64,000 bases of DNA from Chrysemys picta bellii (Eukaryota), in the NCBI RefSeq assembly GCF_011386835.1, contig NC_088804.1:23374001-23438000 (forward strand), written 5' to 3'. The position numbers and the translations under genes are program-made. Position 1 is the first letter of the stretch. Each line of letters starts with the position of its first letter. The notes under the pieces were generated by a model that had not been told where the DNA came from, did no database searches, and saw only the letters and a list, made by a program, of their open reading frames with translations. Shown in pieces: positions 9,993-23,868 of the stretch.

Positions 9993-12053
9993 TAACTTAG
10001 TAGTGTCCCTTTAAAATCTGCTAAAGGATGAAATTTGTCTCTCCTTGGTGTGATTTCCTGACCCCTTTGCACTAAAATTATTTGATTATATATAAACATA
10101 AAACTATAAAAAGTAAAACTAAATTTACACTAATTTAACTCCTAATTGACTTCAGTGGTTGCTGCTGTATGCTTAGCACTTTTGAAAATTGGAGCATGCA
10201 TTTAGGAGCGTACCTTTAGGCGCTCATTTTCCAATATCAGGTATGTTTTCTTCTGTCTCTCAAAAATTATTGAGCCATATTTTCAGGCCATTAATGCGCA
10301 CAAGAGCATGTGCAAAATGTGCAGGCAATTGCTTGTTTAATTTTCATAACAGTGTATGCCGATTATAGAATTGCACACACAGATATGCCATATTTATATG
10401 ATGTGGGTTTTGCACTTTAGAAAAAGTAATGGTGATTTAATTTAAATGCATGTTTTTTCTCCATGAAATTCCTTATTTTAAATATTTGAAAGTATGTGTA
10501 TATTTTTAAAATCAAATAGACTTGCTCTTAAGCATGTCATTAGCATTAATTTATGATGCTCTGCTCAATGAGCCACAAACTCAAAATATTTCAACAAAGG
10601 AGAGAAAAAAACAATCTTTGTCTCATGCTATAGTAGTTCAAAAGAACAATTTCAGGACTACCAGGGAAAATGAAGATCAATAATCAGATGGGGCCATTAC
10701 CCTGTAGTAGATGGTGCAAAGTGTAAACTCTCTCATTAATAAGGCAGATTTTTTTTAATTTTTGCTGATGATTTTTTTTTCTTCCCTGGCACATATGGTA
10801 CTTAAGATTTCATACAAACCCCTGTTAAAAAAAAAAAAAAAAGGTGAGTCAAAAACCGAGTATTGACTAGATACAGGTATGTAGTCTTAACTGTGAATTT
10901 CTTTGCTTTGGTAGTGTAGGTCAAAGTCAAATTCTTAGTGTTAACTAAACATAGAATATGTTTTGTGTTTTTCCTGCAATTGATTTTTAACATGTTCTAA
11001 ACTTGACTGCTATAAAATTAATAATTGTCTTGAGGGTTTTTTAAAAATTTCCATTTGTGCCTTTGATTCAGCAAAAGCCATTGTTTGGCATTTTATTCTT
11101 GGGTAGTGACTTTGATCTGTGTTTGGCTCAAACACAGATACCCTGCACCAAAACATTTCAGTTCCAACAAATCATAACTGGTTTGGAAATGAATAGATTT
11201 GGAAGGTCAGTTGTCAGAGGTCAAGTTTGCAATTACATTGCAATTTTAAGGTGCAATTGCTTTAGGCGTTACCGGACTCCAAAAAGAACTATGCAGTAAC
11301 TACAGGTTTGAAAAACTCATCCATAGGATCTTGACCTACAGGTGGAAAGGGATAACTGCAATGCAACTGAGAAGTCTGCAGATTGAGAGAATTATGTTGA
11401 CACTATTAGTTTTAGACATTTGGCATTTAATCCTAATCATTAGACAAAAGAAGCTTTAATACAAGCAAATTACTAAAAACACTGTGAATGACATTTCTGA
11501 ACCATGTGTGTATTGTCCCCTGCTCTTCCTTGCCTCCTTCAATATAACAAACATCTTTCCTCTAGCCCTGGAAGGAAAACAAGTGTCTTTGCAATTGGTG
11601 CAAGTGCCATTCCTTGGCTGGCTCACAGCAGGATACCCTCTCCTCAGGGTAGTGGAGTCCCTTCACCCACAGTAACAGATTTCCGTGACTAGAAATGAAC
11701 AACATATGTGAACTCTGCTGGCCAAGTGAATGGGGACAGTATAGCATATCTCATTCTAAACTCCTGGGTTTCCAACCAAACCACGGAGGAATACATTTTA
11801 AGAGAGATTAACAGATTCCATAAAACAATCTCAGCACAAAGACAAATCAAATTGTTTCTAAAAGTCTGTATTTTACTGCAGCATGGGAGTAGACTCTCTT
11901 TGCATGAAAATGGTATCTTGTTGAATGCTTGGGGGGGTCAAGGAAGAGGAAGCCAGCAAACAAACTTGCTAACTCACCCTATGTTCACTACCTCCCTGCA
12001 CTCTCTCCTTGTTCATAGTGCCCTTAGAGTTAGTTAGTTAGAGGAATTGTTAC

Positions 12054-12238
12054 TGGAGATGGGTGAGAACTAAAGCCTTGCATCTGAACACTCACAAAAT
12101 TTCAGAGGTCAGAGTGTTCAGAGTCTGATAGACTCTTCCTCTAGAAGGAGCCAAATCAAAACGCTGGATCCAAACACCCCAGAATTTGGGGGAGATGGAA
12201 AATCCAAATCAGAATGTTGCAGCTCAGTATCACCTCGA
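12054..12238. mobile_element. Probable hAT-type MITE (TAGAGATGGG-like ends), degenerate
   Basis: tggagatgggtgagaac start and cagctcagtatcacctcga end form imperfect inverted termini; no TSD found. Confidence 0.4.
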
Positions 12239-13193
12239 GTTCTCATGCTGGAAAGTGTCCACACCAATTTCCATGCTCCTTTGGGAAGACTGTGCTCTGA
12301 TGTTGCAATGAAGCAGTGCCGCAAAGGGAGCTGGCATACGTTAGTGCCAGGTACAAAAAATGCTGCTCTCATTTGGCAGAAACCTCCCCAGCAACATTAA
12401 TAATCAAAACCTGATTAACAAACTGGTCAGTTTAAAATGAAAATAATGATCTTCCTTTGCCTTCCTGCTCCCATCCGGATGATTGCGAAAGATGATCTGT
12501 TTTAATAAATCAATTAGACTCAACAAGCTGGCTTATTTACCAAGCAAGGACAATCCAACCATGCAGTTTTCACCTCTGATTTGGCCCCAGTTCCTGGGGC
12601 CAGGTGCCCCTCCTTGAAGCCAATCTCGATTTCTTTCTTCAGCGGGGACTAGGCTTGATGGTGATTACTGTAGTGCTGTGTTTGTTGCACCAGTCTGAGG
12701 CAACTAGATAAATTCAATCATCATGGAAGACGGAGGTGAACTGGGCATGCACCTAACAGCAGAATCATTGTAACGTATGAGCTTGGTGGAAACTCGACAT
12801 TGTCCAAATTCTAATGAAAGTTTAATTTTTATTAATTAAGGATTTGATTTTTTGTCATCCAGCAGAAGCAGGACAATGCTGTTCTCAGCACTGCATAATC
12901 CTGTATTTTTGGTACATACTGAATATAGGCTAGTGCTACTGCCTTTGCAGTACTGGGGTGCCTTCCTTCCCAGTCTAGTGGAGACCAAGTGTTTTACTAA
13001 CTTGTGTTTGGTTCTCAGAGGTAGCATGTTAGCTGCATCGCTCCTGGAACATCCCCGCTAGCCTGTCATGGACCAACCTTGAGTGCGGTCTGCAATTTCC
13101 ACCTTTCCAACTAGAAATAAAAGTTCCCTTTGTGGCTGAAAACTAATGGGGAGAGATCAGCTGCTGCTATGCTGGCCAATTGCTCTACAGTGT

Positions 13194-13425
13194 GGCCTTG
13201 TCTACACTACCGGGGTAAGTTGACTAAGTTACGCTACTCCAGATATGTGAATTATGTAGCTGGAGTCGACGTAGCTTAGGTTGACCGACCGCAGTGTATT
13301 CACTGTCCTGTGTCGACAGGAGACGCTCTCTGGTCAACTTACCTTACTCTTCTCGGGGAGCTGGAGTACTGGAATCAACCAGAGAGCACACTGACGATGA
13401 TTTAGCAGGTCGATCTCCAAGTCTA
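13194..13425. mobile_element. Non-autonomous Harbinger-type element, partial
   Basis: Starts GGCCTTGTCTACACTA, matching the autonomous copies' TIR; internal gtcgac-type palindromes; right TIR not clear. Confidence 0.7.
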
Positions 13426-15622
13426 TCTTGATGTGGAGTTGAGAAAAATGAAGAGATGGATATTATCTCACTTACATTCACCTTGACCACCTGCCACTCT
13501 AAACACCAAAAATTATTATTCTCCTATGGTTCGGTGGAGGTGGAAATTCTGAAATAAAAGCCAATGAAAAACAGGAATATTCCCTTCTTTAAAGAGTCTT
13601 GTTTTAAATCTATAATTTGAGGAAAACTGTACAAATGGAACCAGCTTTGTTTGTATGTACAATTTTACATACAGTTCTCTTTACTTTTTTTGTGCAAGGG
13701 CCAGGTCACTGCTTTTGAACCTCTCTCTCAAGAGCTGACACTTAAAGTGCAAATGAAGCTAATGACAAGAGACAATATTTTAATGTTAATTAGATATTTC
13801 ATGTGTCTTAGTTCATCAGAGCAATGTTGCTCTTTTATGTATTACATGAAAGAGCTTTAGCTTGGAGGAAAACAGGGAACACAGTCAGTTACAGAAAAAG
13901 TATTCTCAGTTTTGTAATTATTAAAATTATTGTTACATTTAGGAAACCCAGGAAACTGTGAAAGGAGGATGTTTAATAATAATAACACAGCTACTGCACT
14001 ATAGGAGGCCCCAGCAAAGCCTTTACATCTTTTTTGCCTGCCTACAAGAGCTGGAATTATAAAATCTGTAGTCTCCAATGATATTGCTAAGCACAGGAGA
14101 CTTGGTTTTCATACAGTTTAAATCAATATGATGCAGGAAGGGTGTCTTTCACCTGGCTAGATTCCCCCCACCCCTAAATTTCATCATTTTAAGAGTTTTG
14201 TTAAACCGGTGACATTATTTCTAGCCAATGTGTACCACAGCAAAATATCCCAGTAATGCTGCTCACCACAGCTAGGCACTTAACGAACATTTTCTGTGGA
14301 TGCGGTCACTTTTAATGAGTTTACTGTGGCCCTTTTTGTGCCCCTTTTTCATCCTTCCCCTGAATGTTCAAAGAATAATTTTTCATTGGTGGAAATATTT
14401 GCAGGAAGCAAATTTCAGAGTTGCACATGTATTTGAAGAAAATGAAAAACAAGGCCCTGTTCTTGCAACAAGCTCCTTGTAGACAGATCCTTTCCGTGGT
14501 TCATGCACGTGCATCTGACCAAGGAGGAGTTTATTGAAGGGCTAGGGCCTTACCTCCCATACACAAGAATTTTTATCTGCAGTGCAAGTACACTTATCCA
14601 GTCAGGGAACCTTTAAAAAATGTGAATGATCTGACTGGCTGTAACTAAACCACATACCTGAATTTCAAGTATCCACAATTAATCTATACAGCAAAAATAA
14701 ATAAATAAAAAGGGTATTTGTTGAATAAATTGGAATGACAGAAAAAAATCCAGGAAATCACGATCTGGTCATGGATATTCCAGAACCAGAAATGGGATTG
14801 TACTATATAGGAATTAGGTAGTATCTCTTTAACTACTTTGGGAACCTCTGGTGGGGCTCTCTGTTTTCTATTATAGAAGCCAACAGAACCTAACGGAGCA
14901 ACTCTGAACTGTTTGTGTGCGTGTGTATAAAACTGGGCCTTGTATGTTTATATATAATTAGTAAACATGGTTATTTTGAATTTAACTGTGTGTCATTTCA
15001 CCATCTTCTTAATGTAGAGAGCAAAGACACAATAGAGACTAAATGTGTCGAATAAATTATTTGTTGCAAATTTTTCACTCAGCTGAGATCATCATTGCTT
15101 TCATTTTCACAGTATTACACAGCATAATACATCATCGAGGGGAATCATTTTTAACTACAAAAGTTTAGTGTAAAATATTGGAGTTGAAATGGAAGGTTTC
15201 TTAATTATGCAAACTCAAAAATAATATTTAATATTAGCAGAGAATATTTCATATAAATTAGAGGGCAAAAGATTAAACGAGAAGTTCAGGGCCACAAAGG
15301 CTGCTTATGCTGTACTGAATTCAAAAGAGGTTCAATTTCTGTCACCACTCCTCTGATTGGGAAGCTCAGTTGGTAGGCTCCCCACTGGCTGAGGTTTGAA
15401 GTGAGTCTGACACTTCAAGTAAAGAAAAGCTGGTAAGTGAGAAAGATCTTGCAGCGTGTAATCAGTCCATCCACATTGCAGAATCAATGGGTAGCACTGG
15501 CATTATCTCCAGAATGCCCTGTGTTTCATTTTCCATCCCTAGAAATATATTACCATCAGAGATGAAACACGACAGTGATGCCAAGATGAGGGTTTTTTTA
15601 AAATAAAAATGAAACAACATTT

Positions 15623-15631
<9 letters not shown>

Positions 15632-15666
<35 letters not shown>
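15632..15666. repeat. (CA)n microsatellite
   Basis: Read directly; preceded by a short (CT)n. Confidence 0.95.
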
Positions 15667-15668
<2 letters not shown>

Positions 15669-17649
15669 TGTTCTACAGTTTGTTTGTTTACATTTAGGAA
15701 TGAAACTCAGGTGTGTGGTTCAGTAATAATTGCAAATGTTCTGCCTGATAAAAAGCTATTTGCTTTTCTACTGCTTGCTTTTTGCCTTTAAATCCATGGT
15801 TTCTGCCCTTTTGGGACATGCAGTGGACAAATCAAATGAACTGCTAGAAGGGTATAAGTACTTTAAGTTATATTTAACTAAAATAAACAGGCAGATCCAG
15901 GCACTTCTGCTCTGCTATAAAAAGGCTGCATATGCTCAATGCAGGTTTTCTTAAGGTAAGGGACAGAGCTTAGGAAGCTCTAAGGCAGCTAGATTTGCCC
16001 ATATGGGAAGGCGGTCTTTCACTGATGATTTTGCAGACAGAAATTGCCCATCTGCACTGTTTGCAGGTGTTTTGAATGATTATATTATTAGCTCTGTCTG
16101 TTCAACTTTGCTTTTTTATAGTGGCTTTAGTATTGCAGTAAATAAAAAAAGGAAATATATAAGCAGCCATCTGGTTTCCAATTTTTGACTAGCGCTTTTT
16201 GTCAAGAAAGAGAAAAGAATTCTCAGATATTATTTCCTAGTTCTAAAACACTAACAAATGAGTAGAACAAATCTCCAAATTCTGACCTGCATATAAAATA
16301 GGTGCAGAAATTTTCATCTCATTTATTTTTTGTGTGATTTAACTTGCTCTGATTAATCCATGTAAATACACTCTGCTGGGTTCTGCTCTCATACATACTG
16401 GTATGAGACCAAAGGAGTTGTTCTGTACTTACATCAGTGTATCTGAGAGCAGAATCTGCTCCAGTTTAAATTAGAGTGAAACAAATTAAAGTGAAAGTAA
16501 TCATTGCTAAGCCATTTTGTATGTTTCTAAATGTGCAGTGACAGCTGGAAAGTTGTCCTTTCCTGCAGGATCTTGCAGGGATGATTTGCAGTTCCCGTGG
16601 AAATCTTTTGAAATGCAATGGTGATGAAATTTTGCAAAATCTGTAGGAATGGGGAGTAATTTGTTAGCCATCTCAGCAGTAAGTCCTTGAGTTTTTGGAT
16701 TGCGGTTGGGTTTTACTCAGTATAATATTTGATTGTTAGTGATACATTTTCAGTTAAATGTTTCATTATAGAGGACAAAGGCTTCTTGACACTGCTGTCT
16801 GGCAATTGTAAGTGTTATGGAAACAGCATACTTGTAGATCTGCATGCACTCATATTTATGCAGGGCTGATGAGACCAGTGAGGAGAGGAGGGACCATTGT
16901 ACTGGGGCTCCAACTCAGGGCCCCCCAAAAACATCTGTAACTTCTATGTAAATAACATGCAATGGGAAGGGAGGCAGCAAATACAATGTACCACAGGCCT
17001 AACTTCTCTCAACGGGTCAGTATTTAGCCAGTGTCCGAATATCTTTTTCTACAGATTCTTTCAAAGTGTAATTTTTGGGTCATGTGACCCTTTAATGCTA
17101 TTTATCTTTTCATGGAATCAGTTATATGTAGCAAGAGACAGATTCATTTGGATACCTGAAAACACCAGTAGAGCTTCTTTGTGGAGATGGGAACTAAACC
17201 TCACAATTCTGTTCCCAATCCAAATGTACCTAATGTTCAAAGGTGTTGGGACCTGTTCTTTCACTTTTACCCATCTTTCGGTCTTTATTGAAGGTATCAT
17301 AGAAAGAAAACAGAGCCCTGTTGATTTCAATGAAGCTCTATAGGGGCATAAGGAGCCTCAGACACAGATCCAATTGCAAGACTGACATTGTTATGTGTGC
17401 AAAGTTTGGTCGAATGTTCTGCCGTCGTTACTCATGTTGGGAGCTACCTTACCCCACACGTAATTCCACTGAAATGAGTGGGACTATTTGCACAGTAAGT
17501 TAATACCTAATGGGTAGCGGAATGGGTAGCAGCAATAGTAATAGGAGAGTATGGTCATTTGCATTGAACTAGATTCTGTCACCCATAGACTCCTTTGAAT
17601 ATCTTATATTGTTATTGATGTTGTTTATTATTTGTATTACTGTAGATCC

Positions 17650-18036
17650 TAGGTGCAATTTTTCAGCTAAACTTTTTGTGGTGAAGAATGCAGATTTGGC
17701 AACACCAAATTTTTTATTTAAAAACAAATTCTGAAAAGCTCAATGTTTCTTTTTGACATTTTCTAAATGAAGTGCTTCCATTTTTTTTATTTGAAACTGA
17801 CTTTCATTTAGAAACTTCATTCCATTTCATTTTTAAAATGCAAAAACGTTTCAGAAAGCTTGAAATAAAAATGAAACATTTTGTCTTTGGTCGAATGAAA
17901 CAAAATGTATATTGATTGTTCAATTTGCCCAAAAAATTGAAAACATTTGTTTTCAGTTTAACCCCAAATGATTTTTTTCCAATCTTTTGGACTTGCCAAT
18001 GAATCAAAAAGTCTATTATTTGATTGGCTCACCCTA
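17650..18036. mobile_element. AT-rich non-autonomous DNA element (hAT-like end), degenerate
   Basis: Repeated tttt/gaaa motifs and a right end ...gctcacccta resembling TAGGG/TAGAG hAT termini. Confidence 0.4.
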
Positions 18037-18039
18037 GTC

Positions 18040-18400
18040 ATGGAGCAGGGCCTCAGTGTGCAAGGTGCTATACAAATACTGAACAAAAAGACGTCCCTTG
18101 CCCCAGAGAACTTACAATCGAGACTATGGTAAGATACAATGCATGGATACAGACATAGGAGTACAAGGAAACAATGATCCTAGCTGTTGATGGGGGGTAT
18201 TTTTTGTAAGTATCACGGAAAATATAGAGATTTGAAGGATGTTTACAGGAAGATTCTCCCAGCCACGAGAGGCAGCCGGGGAGAAAGTATAAGGTGCTTC
18301 TTTGAAAATGTAACAAGTGCACAATGGAGACTGGCATCATGGGCCAGTCAGAGGCAGGAGTTTACTTCTCGATAGTGGTGACAGGCCATGGAGAGCCCAG
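18040..18400 (-). mobile_element. L2-type LINE/SINE 3' fragment
   Basis: gtgctatacaaatactgaacaaaaagacgtcccttgccccagagaacttacaatc is the reverse complement of the common L2-derived 3' tail. Confidence 0.55.
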
Positions 18401-20009
18401 AATGCTATGAATAGTGGGACTACTCACAGAGTAAATATGAGCAGGAGTGGCAGAATCTAGTCCAAAGTGAGTGTCATGTTTACAGGGCTAGTAGCATGTT
18501 TGACTCCTTTCTGCTCTCTTTGAGTGAGCCCCTTAAGGTCTTAAGCCTTGAGCTTTTACCTCCTTGGGGTGGAATCCCCAGATTTTTGTTAGTCATTCAA
18601 ATCATTTGGGAACTATGCAGTGAAAAACAATGGTCTATGGCTCTTGGTCCAAAGATGACAGTCTTTTGACATATGAAATCTGCCTCTTGGATCCTGAGAT
18701 CCTTTTTGCCTTAGTTGCAAACTGTCTCTGTCTCCATAGCCTAGTTGATCAGTATAAAATGACTAAAACCTGAAATATGGATTTATTTTTAACTAATGCA
18801 AATAATAATGTGGCTTATAATTGTTATTACTGCTCCTTTGGGAATCAGTTGTTACAAGCTCTCAACCCTTTTGTCTCTCCTTTGGGTCTCCAGGCTACGT
18901 GGCAATTTATAACAATACCAGACCTTGGGCTAAATCAATGTCCTTAGGGTTATGAGAAGTTGCTAAATATCAAAACAAACTCCCAGTGTTCCAGTTCTTT
19001 AATTTCACTATGTTTAATTAGCCATTCCAATTAACCTTCCCTTTTGTGTTCCCTCATGTTTAAAGGGTTATATTAAAAGTACTGTAGAATTAAAATCATT
19101 TAAAAATGTGCTGAGTGTATTTCAAGGAAATCAGAAAGCATCTTACATGGAGCTGTCCTCATTTCAGTTTCACTGGTGACTAGACATTACGGGCAAATTT
19201 TCAGAGCTCTGCACCTAAGTTGCAGCAACAAAAACTTTATATAGTCATATGCAGCCAGACAACCATGGGTGCAAATGGGCAATAATTTTTGCATAGATTT
19301 TATGTGCTTTGTATATGCAAATACATATCTTGCACATCCAGGTTTGCAAGCTAAATCTAGGTGAAAATGTGTGAATACTTCCCCAGTAGTTATTGGGCAA
19401 GCCAGGTCCAGTTTGGCCCCCTGACTGGCCAAGTAAAAAAAAAAAAATCCCCTAAAAAACAGAAGGCCAAATACTTGAATGATGTGCAATGTGCCCTCAC
19501 ACCCAGAGGTTGAGTTGGTGCCCCCAGAAGCTGGCATCAGGGCAACCTTCCTGATCTCCATCCCTTCCTTGCCCCCCAGGCCTGCCCTGTAGGGATGTAG
19601 ACAATATTTAGTTATCTAGTTAGTTATTCAGTTTATCATGGTGCTAATTAAAAAGTGAACACCAATCAAAGATCACTGTGCTTTATAAGATTCTGTAGTA
19701 TTTCCCTAAACAAACTTCGAATCAGAAATAACTGTGATATGACAGATGTGTGGCAACAGTTTGTAAATGTTCGCTTTTTAGTGGTGGCTGCTATGTGTGG
19801 CATGCTTGACAAGTTTCTGTAAATGTCTAAATGGAAAAGATTTAAAATCCCATACAACAGTAATAAGCCACTACAATATATTTGTACACCTACATCTCAC
19901 ACCAGAGGTAGATAATGTAAGGATGTGTCCTGAATGAAATGGTTTATGGGTGCTGTCTACCTATTTATACGGCTCTATCAATGCAGTATCTGAACACCTT
20001 CCACATATT

Positions 20010-20165
20010 TGTGGGTCTATCCCAATAACACCCCTGTGAGGCAGGAAAGTACTATTATGCTCATTTTAGAGATGGGGAACTCAGACACAGTAAGGCTAAG
20101 TGACTTGACTAAGATTACACAGGGCCAGGAATTGAAGTTAGTCTGTTTACTTAACCACAAACCAT
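20010..20165 (-). mobile_element. MIR-type SINE
   Basis: acccctgtgaggcagg..attatgctcattttagagatggggaactcagacacag..taagtgacttg is the minus-strand CORE. Confidence 0.75.
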
Positions 20166-23100
20166 CATTTCTTCCCCTTCCTCCATGTGATCTTTTATCC
20201 TATCCCCATGTCAAAAGAGCCATTTTTACAGTTTTATTTTACAGTTTTTACTCATTCAATGATCTGTATATTTCAGGATTGAAATAGGATGACATGAGCA
20301 TGTCTGTGTCACTCTTTCTTAATTTGGCATGAGCAGGTATCTTTTTAATGCTGTCCTGTGCTGTTGTTTTAGGTAAATTTGGTCCATCAGGGAGTTTGTC
20401 TTTTTTAGCCTTTTCTTTGTTCTTTGGGGTATAAAGGAAAAACAAAAGGGATGTTTATTTTAGTTGAAGCTGTGATATGAGAGGCTTTTACTTAGGAAAT
20501 CTGTTGGAGTCTGTCTTTGTTTTCTAAGATAATGCCAGTTAAAAATATATTATGTTTTGTGTTAAACTGTTTGATGGCATAAATTCAACAAAGACATTGT
20601 CTAGTGTGCTCACTGTATGAGTTTTATAAGATTAAAAAAAAACCTCCCTAAGAAAAGCAAAAATCCTTTTCCTCCTCCCCCTCCTCTGCTTTTCATTGGT
20701 AACAGGAAAGTTCAGTTCCAAGGCATGTGATTGTAATATAATCAAATAACCTGCTGGTGTCTCATAAAGAAGTACTGGTTGTTTAAATGACTATTCATAA
20801 CAGACTTAGATGTTTCATAGCTGGCGATGGTTTAAGAATCAGATAACATCAAATCAGTGAGAGTAAGAGCTTAAGCCCCTTTGAAAATGTACAAAGAACA
20901 AAGATGACAGCATTACTGATGACTGACTAGTTGGGAAGAGACAAAAACAATGACTATATTTAGGATTTTCATCAAGCTTAAAGACAAATCTGTAGAGGGG
21001 AGCAGTAGTACAGGCATGTGATAGACACCATAGACATTACAACTCTTCAGAGATGAATGAGATATAGGCCATTTTGTATTTCTATCTTAATTTTTATACC
21101 ACCTAATCTCCAGTAATGGAGAATCCACACTAAGAGAAATGTTCAAATATATATTATTCTCTGAGCATCTCATGATGCTTTCAGGCATAAGAATATGCCT
21201 AGAAGGTGAGAAATATCTATTAAGCACATGGTCATTTTATTCTTTACATCAACCTTATTGTCACCTGCTTATTGATATTCAAGTTTCATCACAAGAAGAA
21301 AAGTGGAAATCCAAAGAGACTAAACAATCAATTTCAGTGAGTGAACAGAAAGGAAAAGACAAGTAGAGGATAAGAGGCTATAAACCTAATGAAGAACAAA
21401 AGGAGCAAGTAGAATTTAGGATAGAGATTAAAAGGACTGAGACTGTTTTAAAGAACATTTTCTTAGATTTGGACCAGAACACCAAACAACTTTCTGAAGG
21501 AAAGAATACATGAGGTCTTGAGCTTTGAAATAACAAAGATAGAGCACAGTGCTCTCCTTGCACTGCATGTTAATGTGAGTTATTAACAAAATGATAGAGT
21601 GCATTTTGTAAAAGTGAAGATATAGTTTAACCTATTTTTAGTTTTGGCTGTTGGTTAACACTGCAAAATTTTCACCTCAAAATCTGAGACCAGAAGAATG
21701 ATGGTAGGTGGGAAACTGAGATTAACAACCAGCCAGATGATGTAGACAAATGAAAGACGAGGGGTCTGATTCATCTCTGCATTACTCCAGGTTTATGCTG
21801 ATGTAATTTCACTTTCAATGGAATTATACCATCATAAACCTGGAGTAAGACAGTGGTGAATCAGATTCCAGGTCCCAATGCGTCTCTGAGTGGATTTTCC
21901 TAAAATGTTGGTGTTTTTCATTAGAAATGTTTCCCTTTCCTGTGGCAGGTTTATAAAGAGATTTTATTTTTAATATAATATTATCCTGAGTGATGTGAAG
22001 ACAGCTTTGAATGTCTTACTGAATATTCAATGTAACATTTTTATCAATTTCCCTCCTGTCTTCTAGATTTAGGATCCAATTCTGCTGCCATTGAAGTCAC
22101 TATGAGCTTTCAGTTACTCCAATCAGTGAGAATCCGTAGTATTTATAGTCGGTGAGGCTATTGGGATGACCTTTCATCTTATGAACCACACACAGTTATG
22201 AGAACATTCCACTGATCCTCTCTTGGTGGTGCCAAGAAGGCTTTTGGTTGTGTTGAGTGGCTTTGAATCAAACTCTGTCAACTTGTTCAAGATCTTGTAT
22301 GATTCACCCCTTTGTTAGATGCAGATAGAAGGAATTATATTGTCTCCTTCTGAGTTAAGAAGAGGAGCCAAGCAGAAAAGTGACAGGCTGCAATTATTCT
22401 TCAACATAGTTGTCAACATTTTCTAAAATTTAATATTAATATTAGATTTTTTTTCATCAAAATTACCAATTTTTACAAACAATGGATAAAAAATGAAACA
22501 TCCCCAATTTTGTTCTCTTATTTTTCAATCAGCTCTACTCCTCAATTTCTTTCTAAAACTTCCTGCTTGTGTCTATCAAATTCTTCTAGGAAAAAAAAAG
22601 CATGGACACAAATACATACACACAGTGTCAGATCTAATAGATTAGCCCTGTACAATGAATAAAATATGAGCAATGACTCTCCAAATATGGTGGTACTGCA
22701 CCAAGCTGATAAAGGAAGTGCCATTTTGTACCTTTACACAACCCTTTCTTGCTGGAATTCCCACTCCCCACAAGAGATGCTAATGCTTTAACTGATTCCA
22801 AGGAGTAATCCCAGAAAGCAATACTTCTGGGAATAACATAACAGCACTGCAGGACAGTCTGCATTATGGAGTAAAATACATGCACATCTCTGGCTATGAT
22901 AATTTTTCATTATAAAGTAATATTTTAAAGACCCATTTAGTAGCCACTACATTTGCTAAACTCCCATTAAGCTAACTCTAAGTTCCATATGTGGAGTGGC
23001 TAAGAATCAGTTCTTTAAATGACAGTATCTGACATTTGTATGTGACACTAATCTTTGAAGATCCATCATTAGCTCTTATCAGCAAAGGTGTATTCTGAAA

Positions 23101-23868
23101 TCAGACCTTTGTCACTGAGAGTGTGACATAAAGCAAACTAAAGATTCCTTTGCTCCAGGCTTCTGGATGCATTGGATTAAGTTCATTGCTAATTAGACAC
23201 AATTGTGAAGCACAATTATTTATGACCCTTCAATGGGCTGAATTCATGAGAGGGATAACGAGTATATATTTTTCTTTTGTGGAATTTTAATGAAGAAATG
23301 GCATTACTATTCATTATTTATCCATTTTTAAATTGTAATAATTCTACTGGCAAATACCAAATTTATATATTTTTAGAGAAAGGCAGCACATGTGTAGATA
23401 ATAGCATAGTTCAGAATGTATGAAGTGCTGTTTTTCTATAAGTATAGAAATTTGGTAATTCTCAATAGGACTTTTCAGTAAAATTTGAAATTAGTACATA
23501 ATAAATAAGAATGTCATTTAATTCATTAAAATCCTAGTTTCATAAATTTGGTTCAATGGTCCTCCCAAATAAAATGGGTTTTGCGATGCTTTTATTTTAC
23601 CTTTTGACACTGCTTCTCCTTACATGCAGCTTTTATCCCAAACATATTTTAAATCACATTAATCTGAGTTACACTTTTAGAAACATTTTCACTAATTTGA
23701 GATGCCATAATAAGATGTATATAGCACTCACACAGTGGGCCTTATTCTCACTGATACTAAAGCCCCTTTTTACTGCTCTGACCTTGAATATCTGGACCTT
23801 AAAGTGGGCACAAGTTGTGCTTACACTCACTTTAAGGCCTCTTTACAATATCAGTGGCACAACAGGGC

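Noticed and set aside
15375-15440. Exon ending at a perfect donor CTG|GTAAGT (~15432)
   Set aside because: No convincing acceptor; candidate frames are short, hit stops and are unrecognisable.
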